Under the pieces are notes generated by a model. It saw nothing but the letters and a program-made list of their open reading frames with translations, did not search any database and was not told the DNA's origin. From NCBI GenBank assembly GCA_002437665.1, contig DJQW01000001.1, forward strand, positions 65,304-129,303: 64,000 nucleotides of DNA, read 5' to 3'. Shown here piece by piece: positions 37,232 through 47,071 of the stretch. This DNA is from Alphaproteobacteria bacterium UBA6376 (GTDB lineage: Bacteria; Pseudomonadota; Alphaproteobacteria; Rs-D84). How positions within the stretch are numbered: the stretch's first letter is position 1; every line of letters starts with the position of its first letter. The translations under genes and the position numbers were made by a program.

Positions 37232-38203
37232 TTATTCTGGCACGCCATTTGGCGGTGTGATGTCGGCCGCCCCCGTTTCGTACACGGTTTGAAACACCGG
37301 CGCACCAGCCGCCGATGCATCGCCCCCTGGGTGCGGCAACGCATGTGCACGATACATATTTAACAAGAAATAATACCAACTGTTCGGTTGCTTTTTTGCA
37401 AACTCGCTGCGCCGATGAATTTTGTATATGAAGCATGTGCGCGACAAATACCGCCACGCGTCCATATCAGCGGCGCGCCCCAAGAAGTACGAAAAATACT
37501 TTACATTACTGTTCAGATATGGAATCTGGCTGAACCAAATACGGTGACACCACGGGTGATATGTAAACAACACCGTCACAAACCAATGAAAGAAAAAGTA
37601 ATCAATCGCCCTGCGTTCGTGACGCCAATACTCTTCCAGAAAAACACGTATACAACGTATGAAATAGTTGTTCGGTGCGGCGTGAATAAAGAAATTAGAT
37701 ACATCTTTCTTGTTCGGATTTTGCAATATGAAAAACGTCTGTTTCATAATAAAGTTCGGTATTTTGTCCATCATCAGACACGACGCATCAATCCACGTGC
37801 CACCATACATGTCCAACAATGCCACCCGCACATAGTCCGAAAAATGTGCAGGTTCAATAATTCCGCGACGATATTTATCCATAATATGCGCCGGAATATC
37901 CAAATACTGTGACACATTTTTCTCAGTAATAATTACCGCTTGCGGGTAAAAGCAAAATATAGAATTCAATCCCATTTGAATAAAATCTGGACGTTCATCT
38001 TGCAGCCACATTGTCCACACGCGGTTGACCGGCGGAACCGTCAAATTGCACTTTGGAATTTGATGTTGCGGCATACCCTGCACCATTTTAGTGACATACA
38101 AATACCGACGCAGGTAATCCTTGGTTGCCGATTTTTTCCCACAAAAAATTTTGCGTATATAAAAGCGTACCCAACGATACCAGTTTTCAAATATTCTGAA
38201 CAT
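37232..38203 (-). CDS. glycosyltransferase with DXD sugar-binding region (paralog of 11285..12211)
   Basis: VWTMWLQDERPDF...HFSDYVRVALLDMYGGTWIDAS parallels IWTLWLQGEDKAPE...HFADICRVELLYEHGGIWLDST. Confidence 0.55.
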   Translation of the reverse strand: MFRIFENWYRWVRFYIRKIFCGKKSATKDYLRRYLYVTKMVQGMPQHQIPKCNLTVPPVNRVWTMWLQDERPDFIQMGLNSIFCFYPQAVIITEKNVSQYLDIPAHIMDKYRRGIIEPAHFSDYVRVALLDMYGGTWIDASCLMMDKIPNFIMKQTFFILQNPNKKDVSNFFIHAAPNNYFIRCIRVFLEEYWRHERRAIDYFFFHWFVTVLFTYHPWCHRIWFSQIPYLNSNVKYFSYFLGRAADMDAWRYLSRTCFIYKIHRRSEFAKKQPNSWYYFLLNMYRAHALPHPGGDASAAGAPVFQTVYETGAADITPPNGVPE

Positions 38204-38257
38204 ATTTTCGTCCCAATGTATAAACGCCCACCACAGCGGCGGGCGTTACTTATTCAA

Positions 38258-38944
38258 TCAGCGTTCTACGATTACACCTGTATTTTCACCACGATCTGAT
38301 TTGGTCTCTATCGGTGGGAAACAATCCCCCCCGCTCTTTGGGCAACATGCAAACGAACCACCCAAATCTTTGAATTGTTCATCGCCACAGCAACCGTATT
38401 TATTCGGCTTTGTGCCGTCACCACACAATCCCTTGGCAATATTGCTTTTGATTTCAGCAGCGATTTCTTCGGCTGTTTTTTCAGGGGCGGCAGGCTTTTC
38501 TTCCTTTAACACCACCATTGGCACAAAGCAGATATCGCCATCGTTCTGGCAACAATATTGCACACCATCAACCGTTGAAAATGTTTCATTTGGACAGCAA
38601 CCATATTCGTCCGGCGCATCACACGCGGGTGCGGTTATTTGTTCAGGCGCACTGTTGGTGGTATTTGCGGACGCATCCGACACATTTTTCAAACGCGCAT
38701 TGGCGATTGTGCGGCTGCCACGCGCCGCGCCCGCGCGACGCATACATGTGTTACGATATTTCGTGCGCAATTCAGACAACTTTGTCGCATCTGCATCAGA
38801 CATATTTTCATTCGCAGACATTTCTGTAATCTGGGCCTGCATATCAACGCATGTTGTGCGTTCTGTAACATTCGTGGTCGCGTCATCGGCAAACGCCGGC
38901 ATACATAACACAACAGCAAATATTGTGGTCAGTATTGTTTTCAT
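38258..38944 (-). CDS. secreted cysteine-rich protein with internal YGCC...CC...GD(I)CF repeats (hypothetical)
   Basis: Signal peptide MKTILTTIFAVVLCMPAFA. Repeats DEYGCCPNETFSTVDGVQYCCQNDGDICF and KYGCCGDEQFKDLGGSFACCPKSGGDCF. Confidence 0.5.
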   Translation of the reverse strand: MKTILTTIFAVVLCMPAFADDATTNVTERTTCVDMQAQITEMSANENMSDADATKLSELRTKYRNTCMRRAGAARGSRTIANARLKNVSDASANTTNSAPEQITAPACDAPDEYGCCPNETFSTVDGVQYCCQNDGDICFVPMVVLKEEKPAAPEKTAEEIAAEIKSNIAKGLCGDGTKPNKYGCCGDEQFKDLGGSFACCPKSGGDCFPPIETKSDRGENTGVIVER

Positions 38945-38948
38945 GGAA

Positions 38949-39524
38949 TCAGTCCTCCAATATTTTTTCCAGTTTCAAGATAAAATCAATCGCGGGCTCT
39001 GATGCCTGTTGCAACTTGTCAATCACCTGTTGCGCGGCGGCCTGCATTTTCGCCTTTTTATATGTATCAACAACTTCTTCGACATCATATTCTGACATTT
39101 CTTCAACCGGCATCAGCGCAACGGCAATTTGTGTTTCACGCACCGCCATTGCACGATATTTATCGCTGTGTTCCGCACACCCATTGTCCGCCAGACGATT
39201 ATATATTTCGGCATTATACATATGTTTTTCGTACCCCTGTGAATCTTCGGGGGTCAACTGTTGTTCCAACAACTGTTCAATGCGTGTGCATGTCGCAATC
39301 GGTTCTGGGTTTTCAACAATCGTCATCTCTTGTGCAGTGGGGCATTCAGTTGCGCGTTGCGCATTGTCTGGTTTGGCCATAATTCCACCCAGAATATACC
39401 CACACGCAAACAGCCCCGCCAACGCAATCACACCCCATACCTTGCGCGATGCTGGCACGGTGCATACAGGCGCAGCCGCGACCGTCTTTTTCGATTGTGT
39501 TTTCTTTGACTGTACTTTTTTCAT
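38949..39524 (-). CDS. membrane-anchored hypothetical protein
   Basis: Basic N-terminus and one TM helix (VWGVIALAGLFACGYILGGIMA). No recognisable domain. Confidence 0.4.
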   Translation of the reverse strand: MKKVQSKKTQSKKTVAAAPVCTVPASRKVWGVIALAGLFACGYILGGIMAKPDNAQRATECPTAQEMTIVENPEPIATCTRIEQLLEQQLTPEDSQGYEKHMYNAEIYNRLADNGCAEHSDKYRAMAVRETQIAVALMPVEEMSEYDVEEVVDTYKKAKMQAAAQQVIDKLQQASEPAIDFILKLEKILED

Positions 39525-39555
39525 TTGGTTCTCTCCCTCTGCTCTCTGGTTTTTA

Positions 39556-40266
39556 TTATTTTACGATTCCGTCTTGGATTGTGATTCTGCTGTCTGCGCG
39601 CGATGCCAGATTCATATCATGCGTAACAAACAACATTGCCATCTTATTCTTGCGCACCAAATCCAATAACAATTCAAATACAGCGGTCGCATGTGCGGGG
39701 TCTAAACTGCCCGTGGGTTCGTCCGCCAACAGAATTTCTGGATTATTTGCCAACGCGCGCGCCACCGCCGTACGCTGTTGTTCACCACCCGACATTTCCC
39801 CCGGCAGGTGCGACGCACGATGTGCAACATTTGCCACCCGCATCAGTTTCATTGCGCGCGCATTTGCAGAATTTTCGTCCATACCATTTGCCAACATTGG
39901 CAACATAACATTTTCCAACGCGGTAAAGTCAGACAGCAAATTATGCCGCTGGTACACAAATCCGATTTTCTGGCGACGTGAAATCGTGCGTGCTTCTTCG
40001 TCCATACGCGACGTAGAAACACCATCCAGCAAAATGCTGCCCCCTGTTGGTTTGTCCAACAACCCAACACATTGCAACAATGTGGATTTACCACTGCCCG
40101 ACGGGCCAACCAATGCGATAATTTCACCACGATGTAAATCAAACCCACCGCCACGCAAAATATGTAACGGCTGGCCACCCTCTATGAATGTCTTTTTAAT
40201 ATCGCGCACCGACAGGACAACATCTGATTTGCGTACACGTGATAAAGAACTTAAAATATTTGCCAT
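39556..40266 (-). CDS. lolD: lipoprotein-releasing ABC transporter ATP-binding protein LolD
   Basis: GEIIALVGPSGSGKSTLLQ Walker A and LSGGEQQRTAVARAL signature. Immediately downstream of the LolC/E-like permease. Confidence 0.88.
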   Translation of the reverse strand: MANILSSLSRVRKSDVVLSVRDIKKTFIEGGQPLHILRGGGFDLHRGEIIALVGPSGSGKSTLLQCVGLLDKPTGGSILLDGVSTSRMDEEARTISRRQKIGFVYQRHNLLSDFTALENVMLPMLANGMDENSANARAMKLMRVANVAHRASHLPGEMSGGEQQRTAVARALANNPEILLADEPTGSLDPAHATAVFELLLDLVRKNKMAMLFVTHDMNLASRADSRITIQDGIVK

Positions 40267-40281
40267 CAGATTTTTCCTTTT

Positions 40282-41556
40282 CTATTCATTTCGCAATACA
40301 TCAACGGGGTCGGTGGACGCCGCCTTCCATGCGGGATACAGCGTTGCCAAAAACGCCAGCGCAATCGCCAGCACCGCAATTCCAATAACCGTTGACGGCA
40401 CCAGTTTCGACGGCAATTCCGACAAATAATACAATTCCGATGGGAACAAATCGCGCCCTGTTACCCATTGAAAGAATTGACGTATTGGTTCGATATAAAT
40501 CGCAACAACGACGCCTAATACCGTGCCAAAGAACGCGCCAATCACACCAATACTTGTCCCCGACAGAACAAATATTTTCATCATGGATCTACGCGACACA
40601 CCAAACGTGCGCAGTACCGCAATGTCTTTGTTTTTATCTTTGACCAACATGACCAACGACGACACAATGTTAAATGCCGCCACAATCACAATCAGCATCA
40701 GAATTAAAAACATTACATTTGACTCAACCTGTAATGCGCCAACAAAACCGCGATTTAATTCACGCCAATCGCGCACAACAAATCCATCTGGCAACAGACG
40801 CGCCAACGCATCGCGTACGGCGGTGGTATCTTCGGGATTACGCAAGAACAGGTCAATATGCGTTACCGCATTTCCGATATTCAAATATTTCTGGGCGGTT
40901 TCCAGTGGCATAAATATATATCCGGAATCATATTCGTACATTCCCATAAAGAATGATGACATCACCGGATATGCCATAATGCGTGGCATTGTACCAAATG
41001 GTGTTGGTGTTGCACCCGACGCCGATACCAACGACACCTTGTCACCCATACCGATACGCAAACTGCGCGCCAGTGACGCACCCGCCACCAATTCGCCATC
41101 ATGAATTTCTGATAATTTTTTACCATATATTTTTGTGCCGGTCTCGGTCTTGGCCGCTAAATCCGTCATACGAATCCCGCGCACCATTGCGCCAGTATTA
41201 TTACCACCGGCGGTTGCCATAACCTGCCCTTCGGCAATCGGGACAATGCCGGTTGCATGCGCGGCAACAACCTTGTTCTGTTGCATTTTATCAATCAGAT
41301 AATCGTAATCGGTAATCGCGCCATCTTGGTGATAAACAACGACATGACCATTCATACCAACAATACGCGACAGTAATGTTTCATGAAATCCGCCCATCAC
41401 CGACATCACAACAATCAATGTCGCAACGCCCAGCGTAATACCAATCAACGACACCCACGATATCACAGAACCAAAACCGCGCTTCTTGGCGGCCAGATAT
41501 CTGAATGCGATTTTTCTTTCCAGTTTTGAAAACAACATACTTTCAACCTTATTCAC
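40282..41556 (-). CDS. lipoprotein-releasing system transmembrane permease (LolC/LolE family)
   Basis: FRYLAAKKRGFGSVISWVSLIGITLGVATLIVVMSVMGGF N-terminal TM1 and the MacB-like/FtsX permease architecture. Confidence 0.85.
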   Translation of the reverse strand: MNKVESMLFSKLERKIAFRYLAAKKRGFGSVISWVSLIGITLGVATLIVVMSVMGGFHETLLSRIVGMNGHVVVYHQDGAITDYDYLIDKMQQNKVVAAHATGIVPIAEGQVMATAGGNNTGAMVRGIRMTDLAAKTETGTKIYGKKLSEIHDGELVAGASLARSLRIGMGDKVSLVSASGATPTPFGTMPRIMAYPVMSSFFMGMYEYDSGYIFMPLETAQKYLNIGNAVTHIDLFLRNPEDTTAVRDALARLLPDGFVVRDWRELNRGFVGALQVESNVMFLILMLIVIVAAFNIVSSLVMLVKDKNKDIAVLRTFGVSRRSMMKIFVLSGTSIGVIGAFFGTVLGVVVAIYIEPIRQFFQWVTGRDLFPSELYYLSELPSKLVPSTVIGIAVLAIALAFLATLYPAWKAASTDPVDVLRNE

Positions 41557-42889
41557 TTAAAAACGCACGCAACGCATCACCAACCAGTGGCGTCATTTCA
41601 CCCGATGGAATTTGTGCAGCATCAACAATCGAAATAATACGTGGCGACATAAATACCACCAATTCCGCAAACGGTGAAATCAACGTTTCAGGCGTCGTTA
41701 CAAACGAATGCGTTGGAATACCAATTATCACATAGTTGTCACCAACACTGGACGGAATATTAAATGATGTCAGTTCACCATTGCTGGTGCGCAAAACAAT
41801 TTTAGCATCAATTTTATTACGACCACCAAAATCACCATATTTACCCGTTGCCCCGACAATCAGGTCTGTTTCTAGGCGTTCTTCCTTGCTGCATTGGCCA
41901 ATATCAAAACGCGATTGCCAACCATTTGGAATCACAAATTGCCCACGCGAAATCAGAACAACATTCGCCTGTTGCGACAAAAATTCTTGCAATGTTTTTG
42001 TATTCACCTCTGGACTGACGACCAGCGCACGTCCAACCACCCCTGGGATTGACATTTTAATATTATTTTCACCAAACGCCGGCAACATATTCATCCAAAC
42101 AATCGGATTGTCCGTGCGCGGATACACACGATACACATCAATATCCCACGCCAACATATATTTTTTCGACGCAATGTCGGCGATGATTCTGGAAACCTCA
42201 CGCTCGGTCTGGTAATTGCCTTCGAACACCAATGTCTTGTCATTCCAGTCCACCAACAGGTTGCGCACATCTGCGCCACGCATCGCATCAATCAACGCCA
42301 TAATAATCGATTGATCGTGTGGCATTTTAACCAACCACTTTGCACGATGCGTCAAATGAATTTCACCCGCGTCCGCATCATATGAATAATACGCGCGCCC
42401 CATTTTCGCCATCAGTTCAACCGCATCGGCCAGCGTTCCTGCGGAAATAGACCCTGATATTTTTTCATACATTTCTTCGTCAGCAACAACCGCAATATCT
42501 GACCCATCTAACAGTTTTTCCAGCGCACGTTTAACCGTCAAATCGCGAAATTCGTAATCTGACACCGCCAATTCTGGTAATGCATCACCGGTGTTCAGAC
42601 GCACCATTTCAATTTTTTCTTCGGGCACAACCGACACAACCGTTTGATTGTCCCAGTTGACCTCGCACCGCTTTGGCAAATCCAACGAAAAGCGTCGCGC
42701 CGTATCGGTGGTCAATGCCGCCTTTTTCGGGAAAATAGGCACAGAATTTTCATCAATGACCAAATTATCAACAACCGTAACCGTGTCATACTGCGGTTCT
42801 TCATCGTTGTTTTGGACACACGCCACCAACGCCATGCACATGCACGCCGCCCCCAGCATTTTGCCCAACCAATTATCGATTATTTTCAT
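41549..42889 (-). CDS. lipoprotein, possibly secretin-like (STN-like N-terminal segment), co-transcribed with lolCD
   Basis: Lipobox ..ALVAC. Segment RDLTVKRALEKLLDGSDIAVVAD resembles STN domains. The secretin assignment is weak. Start refined to MKIIDNW with an AGAAAGG RBS. 8-nt overlap with the lol permease gene. Confidence 0.35.
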   Translation of the reverse strand: MKIIDNWLGKMLGAACMCMALVACVQNNDEEPQYDTVTVVDNLVIDENSVPIFPKKAALTTDTARRFSLDLPKRCEVNWDNQTVVSVVPEEKIEMVRLNTGDALPELAVSDYEFRDLTVKRALEKLLDGSDIAVVADEEMYEKISGSISAGTLADAVELMAKMGRAYYSYDADAGEIHLTHRAKWLVKMPHDQSIIMALIDAMRGADVRNLLVDWNDKTLVFEGNYQTEREVSRIIADIASKKYMLAWDIDVYRVYPRTDNPIVWMNMLPAFGENNIKMSIPGVVGRALVVSPEVNTKTLQEFLSQQANVVLISRGQFVIPNGWQSRFDIGQCSKEERLETDLIVGATGKYGDFGGRNKIDAKIVLRTSNGELTSFNIPSSVGDNYVIIGIPTHSFVTTPETLISPFAELVVFMSPRIISIVDAAQIPSGEMTPLVGDALRAFLSE

Positions 42890-42921
42890 TCCGCCTTTCT
42901 CCTTTGCTGCACTGCACAATA

Positions 42922-43266
42922 TCAGATATTCATCAATCTTTCAAATTCTGCCAGTGTCATTTCATAAATCGGTTTCTGTGTCGGTGTTGTCAAATCTTTG
43001 ACCCGCGCATAGTTTTCATTAAATCGATTTATCACCGAAATAATTTCCGGCGTCAATTCATGTTTTTTGTCCGCCATCAGACGACGTCCATATTCTGCAA
43101 CAAATTCCAACGTGTCCGCCGCAAAAAAACGTCCAACATAGTTTTCAATCGCAATACCGCCCTTTTCCACACAGATGGCCGACATCATCATTGTCATCTG
43201 GTTGTAAAAATTTGCCAGTTTTATAAAATTTGCAACTGTTATTGCCATGTTATTCTCTTGCTCCAT
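42922..43266 (-). CDS. hypothetical protein
   Basis: 114-aa ORF upstream of the lipoprotein gene; no motifs recognised. Confidence 0.35.
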   Translation of the reverse strand: MEQENNMAITVANFIKLANFYNQMTMMMSAICVEKGGIAIENYVGRFFAADTLEFVAEYGRRLMADKKHELTPEIISVINRFNENYARVKDLTTPTQKPIYEMTLAEFERLMNI

Positions 43267-43314
43267 TTTTCCCTATTATAAAAACTATTGCCCCATCAAC
43301 GCAAATAAATTATA

Positions 43315-43704
43315 ATGCATTGCATGAGATTTATATACCTGATTTTAATAGCAACTGTCGCGGCATGTGCATCGCCAAATCGTGGCAATATTGATGACGC
43401 AACTGTTTTGAATTGGGAAAACGAAGCCGTCACGATGGAACAGTTCGTCCGTGATCACAAGGCATGCTTGGGCGTGAACAAGCCATCGTATATGCCACGC
43501 AGCCGTATTTCAAAATTGCTGGCCCCAAATCAGAGTGGCCAAATGCCCGACTGGGACGGCCTGTGGGTGACATTCCAATCGAACGAGTACAAGGACACCA
43601 GCCAGCGTTCATTGCTGTCCGTGCCACGCAACACAACATCTAAAACCGTCGGTGCATATCGCAAGTGCATGTTTAGACGCGGTTATTTATTGCGTGCCAG
43701 TTGA
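43315..43704 (+). CDS. hypothetical lipoprotein
   Basis: Signal/lipobox LILIATVAACASP. Confidence 0.4.
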   Translation: MHCMRFIYLILIATVAACASPNRGNIDDATVLNWENEAVTMEQFVRDHKACLGVNKPSYMPRSRISKLLAPNQSGQMPDWDGLWVTFQSNEYKDTSQRSLLSVPRNTTSKTVGAYRKCMFRRGYLLRAS

Positions 43705-43762
43705 TTTTTATTTTTAAGGCACACGCTTTCAAAACCCACCTTTTTGTGATATAATTGCCGGT

Positions 43763-44443
43763 ATGAAACGGACAATTTGGTTTTGGGTTTATTTTATCGT
43801 TGCCATTGTTTTGGCAACCTACTTTTCTGTACGTGTTATTATGACCAGTATGGGGCGTGGTGACCTGTCGCGCGTGCGCAGCATTTCAATATCAGCCGAC
43901 ATCGCGGACAAGGATATGTCCGCATTGGCGGCCGCCGCCGCGGTTGCACCGGGGACATCGGCACTGACAGTCAATTTGAACCAGTTAAATCATCGTATTG
44001 GTGCGGTTGCAGGTGTGCGCGCATCCGCGGTGCGTCGCTTGCCAAATGGTAATTTGGTTGTACGCGTAAAATTATACCGCGCGGTCGCGCTGTGGACGGA
44101 TGGTATGAATTATTTTCCGCTGTCCGCCGATGGCACAATTGTAAACCAACCCAGCACAGAGCGCAAAGCCGGCACGGTTCTGTTCCGTGGCACATTACCA
44201 AATGATATCAGTGAAATTACAACCGTTGCGCATAACATGATTGGCGATTTGAACTATATGGAATGGATTGAAAACCGCCGCTGGGATTTGGTCACGACCG
44301 GTGGCATTACGGTAATGCTGCCTGAAAAATCGCCGGACGCCGCGATTGCGCAACTGATTGTCTTGAACAAGAATCACCATATTTTGGATCGTGATATCAG
44401 TGTTATCGACATGCGCGACGATGCGCGAATATTGGTAAAATAA
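43763..44443 (+). CDS. ftsQ: cell division protein FtsQ (POTRA domain)
   Basis: N-terminal TM helix followed by a periplasmic domain. Sits directly upstream of ftsA. Confidence 0.65.
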   Translation: MKRTIWFWVYFIVAIVLATYFSVRVIMTSMGRGDLSRVRSISISADIADKDMSALAAAAAVAPGTSALTVNLNQLNHRIGAVAGVRASAVRRLPNGNLVVRVKLYRAVALWTDGMNYFPLSADGTIVNQPSTERKAGTVLFRGTLPNDISEITTVAHNMIGDLNYMEWIENRRWDLVTTGGITVMLPEKSPDAAIAQLIVLNKNHHILDRDISVIDMRDDARILVK

Positions 44444-44449
44444 GAAACA

Positions 44450-46225
44450 ATGAACCTGTTTGATTCGGCTTTTTTATGTCTGGACATTGGCACGTCGGGT
44501 GTACGTGGCATGGGACATCGCGTGCGCGGTGGCCGACTGGACAAATCCGCCGTATTCAGCGTGGACAGTTTTGATACCGTTTTCGCGATAAAGTCCGTTA
44601 TTGACGAACTGGAACGTATGGTTGGCGCACGATTTGACGACGCATATGTCACGGGTAATTTTGGCGCATCAATCTTTGATATGTCCGCCAAAAGCACAAA
44701 ATGGAACGGCGAACACAAAATCACCGCATCGGATGTCCGCGCGCAAATCGCACAAATCAGTGTCCCAGACGGCTATTTTCCAATGCATATTATACCACTG
44801 CGCTATGATACACCAACGGCGCGCAATATGGTATCACCCGTTGGTTACACTGATCGCCAGTTGATATCGGCATTTGGAACAATTATGTACCAGCGTGATG
44901 CGTTTGAAAGCGTATCAACAAAACTGCGCCATGCGCACATTTTACCAAACAGTTTCTATGACCCACAATGGTTGCTGAATGCCGCCCTGCGCCAGAAAAA
45001 ACAGACCGTTATGTTTCTGGATTTGGGCGCAGAATTTACATCTGTATCCATTTGGATGGATCGTGGGCCGGTATGGCACGCCAAGATTCCATTGGGCGGG
45101 ACACATATATCACGCGACATCTCAGAAAAACTGCATATCGGATTTGATGATGCCGAACGCATCAAACGCGCGGTCGCATGTCTGTACCCAAAGGAAATGG
45201 ACAGATTTACCCCCGCTGACACCGCATACGAATTTTCACGCGGCGATATAAATGACATATTCTTGCCGCACATGGTTGAAATCGCATCGCAAATTGCGAA
45301 TGCATCCAGTGGCGCGATTGCAAAATATCACCCAACAAAAATCATTCTGACGGGTGGCGGCGCAACAACCGACGGCGCAACAGAATTTATTGAAAATGCA
45401 TTTTCAATTCCAACCGAAAACATCGGCGGCGATGCATCGGTACGCGCCCTGTCCGCATTTATCTGGAATGCAGAGGCCGCACATCGTGGCGCATATCTGG
45501 CACGACATGACCGCTGGGCACGACGCTGGGCGCGCATTACAAAATTATTCCACCACAAACAAAAACGCCGCACGCAGTTTATTCCGATTATGCCCAGTAC
45601 ACTGTGCTTTAACATGCGCAAGCAATCAACGTATTCAATGTTTCGTGCGGGCGGCATATCGATGATACACGTCGATATTATGGACGGTTTTTACGTTGAC
45701 CGTGTTGCCGGCGGAATCCCCGAATTAAAATTGATTCGCGCCCACACCGACGCGCACCTGCATGTACACCTGATGACCGAGAGTCCATCTGTCTGGGCGG
45801 CTGATGCCGTTGCGGCGGGTGCAAACACCGTAATCATGTCAACAAATACGTCCGGCCTGCGTGCGGCGGTGCGGGGCGTACGTGCGGCGGGCGTGCGCGC
45901 GGGCGTTGCAATCAACCCAGAAACATCGGTTGATATATTAAAGCCAATCCTGCGTGATTTGGACGAGGTTATGATTATGACCGTGCGCCCAGGTGCGGCT
46001 GGGCAAGAGTTCCAGACCGAATGTCTGAAAAAAATCGAAATATTGGCGGCAACACGTCGTCGCTATGGCTTAAAATTCGTAATATCTGTTGATGGTGGCG
46101 TGAACGATAAAACGGCACAAATGTGCTGGGCCGCCGGCGCGGATTTACTGGTCAGCGGTTCATATCTGGCGCGCAGTCCGGATTTCCCATTGGCGGTTCA
46201 GAGTTTATTGAAAAAACAAAAATAA
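44450..46225 (+). CDS. ftsA: FtsA fused in frame to a ribulose-phosphate 3-epimerase-like domain
   Basis: N-terminal 385 aa or so is FtsA (LDIGTSGVRG, ILTGGGATTDG, amphipathic RWARRWARITKLF). The C-terminal 200 aa or so is Rpe-like (IMPSTLCFN.., HVDIMDGFYV, HVHLM, VAINPET, MIMTVRPGAAGQEF, ISVDGGV). No stop codon lies between them. Confidence 0.75.
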   Translation: MNLFDSAFLCLDIGTSGVRGMGHRVRGGRLDKSAVFSVDSFDTVFAIKSVIDELERMVGARFDDAYVTGNFGASIFDMSAKSTKWNGEHKITASDVRAQIAQISVPDGYFPMHIIPLRYDTPTARNMVSPVGYTDRQLISAFGTIMYQRDAFESVSTKLRHAHILPNSFYDPQWLLNAALRQKKQTVMFLDLGAEFTSVSIWMDRGPVWHAKIPLGGTHISRDISEKLHIGFDDAERIKRAVACLYPKEMDRFTPADTAYEFSRGDINDIFLPHMVEIASQIANASSGAIAKYHPTKIILTGGGATTDGATEFIENAFSIPTENIGGDASVRALSAFIWNAEAAHRGAYLARHDRWARRWARITKLFHHKQKRRTQFIPIMPSTLCFNMRKQSTYSMFRAGGISMIHVDIMDGFYVDRVAGGIPELKLIRAHTDAHLHVHLMTESPSVWAADAVAAGANTVIMSTNTSGLRAAVRGVRAAGVRAGVAINPETSVDILKPILRDLDEVMIMTVRPGAAGQEFQTECLKKIEILAATRRRYGLKFVISVDGGVNDKTAQMCWAAGADLLVSGSYLARSPDFPLAVQSLLKKQK

Positions 46226-46228
46226 AAA

Positions 46229-46251
46229 ACGGGGCATACGCCCCGTTTTTT
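46229..46251 (+). terminator. rho-independent terminator after the ftsA-rpe gene
   Basis: acggggcatacgccccgt hairpin plus a T-run. Confidence 0.65.
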
Positions 46252-46412
46252 GAACACTGCGTTTTTTGCAAATCTGTTCAGACCCGCATAGGGATGTGGT
46301 TCGGAACCTTGTGGCAAGGCCCGTATACACGATGTGTTCATATGCACTTGCAACTGCATACACATTATTACGCATCACGCGCATCCGCGCCACAGGTCAG
46401 ATTTCCTAACAC

Positions 46413-46811
46413 TTATTTTATAACCAGTTTGCGACCCGCCCCATTTTCGCTCAGGTGCACATGGATTGTATCCGCCGGCAAAATGTTCGCCGCAATGTCC
46501 GGCCATTCAATCAATGTAATATCGTTCGCAATAGCATACGGCAAACCAATTTCCACCAATTCCGACGCATCGTTTATACGATACAGGTCAAAATGCGATA
46601 TTCCATCATAGTTCTGGACAATGGTAAATGTCGGACTGGGTACGACGGTGTCCGCCCCGCGCAATGTCTGGATTATAGTACGTGCAATCTCGCTCTTGCC
46701 CATACCCAAATCGCCATGCAATGCCACACATACCGGCGCATGCAAGGTTTTCGCAAAATCCCGCGCCCACGCCCGCGTTTCTTCAACACTGTTCAACAAA
46801 TATTCTTTCAT
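46413..46811 (-). CDS. tsaE: tRNA threonylcarbamoyladenosine biosynthesis protein TsaE
   Basis: VCVALHGDLGMGKSEIARTII P-loop. Confidence 0.85.
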   Translation of the reverse strand: MKEYLLNSVEETRAWARDFAKTLHAPVCVALHGDLGMGKSEIARTIIQTLRGADTVVPSPTFTIVQNYDGISHFDLYRINDASELVEIGLPYAIANDITLIEWPDIAANILPADTIHVHLSENGAGRKLVIK

Positions 46812-47068
46812 CGCTGATTTTCACCCCCTATTACATGAACCAGTGGTTTATATTCTGGCACTTTATATGTTTCGGTTTTTCCCGCCAAATAATCCAACAT
46901 TTGATGTGCACCCGCACGCGTTCTGTATGGACTGCGCACACGATACATCATTCCTTTTACACGAACAATATAATCTGCTGCATACCAATCACGCCATAAT
47001 TGCGAAATATATAATCCGTTTATTTGAACTACTTGCGCCCTATTTATTTTATTTGCTGTTTTTGTCAT
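46808..47068 (-). CDS. hypothetical small protein
   Basis: 86-aa ORF overlapping the tsaE start by 4 nt. Confidence 0.35.
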   Translation of the reverse strand: MTKTANKINRAQVVQINGLYISQLWRDWYAADYIVRVKGMMYRVRSPYRTRAGAHQMLDYLAGKTETYKVPEYKPLVHVIGGENQR

Positions 47069-47071
47069 TTC

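Noticed and set aside
41549-42889. Confident call of a type IV pilus secretin
   Set aside because: The C-terminal segment does not match the conserved secretin motif well enough by eye, so only a weak STN/secretin-like note was kept.
44450-46225. Splitting ftsA and rpe into two genes
   Set aside because: No stop codon or frameshift is visible in the given sequence. It is kept as one ORF but flagged for verification.
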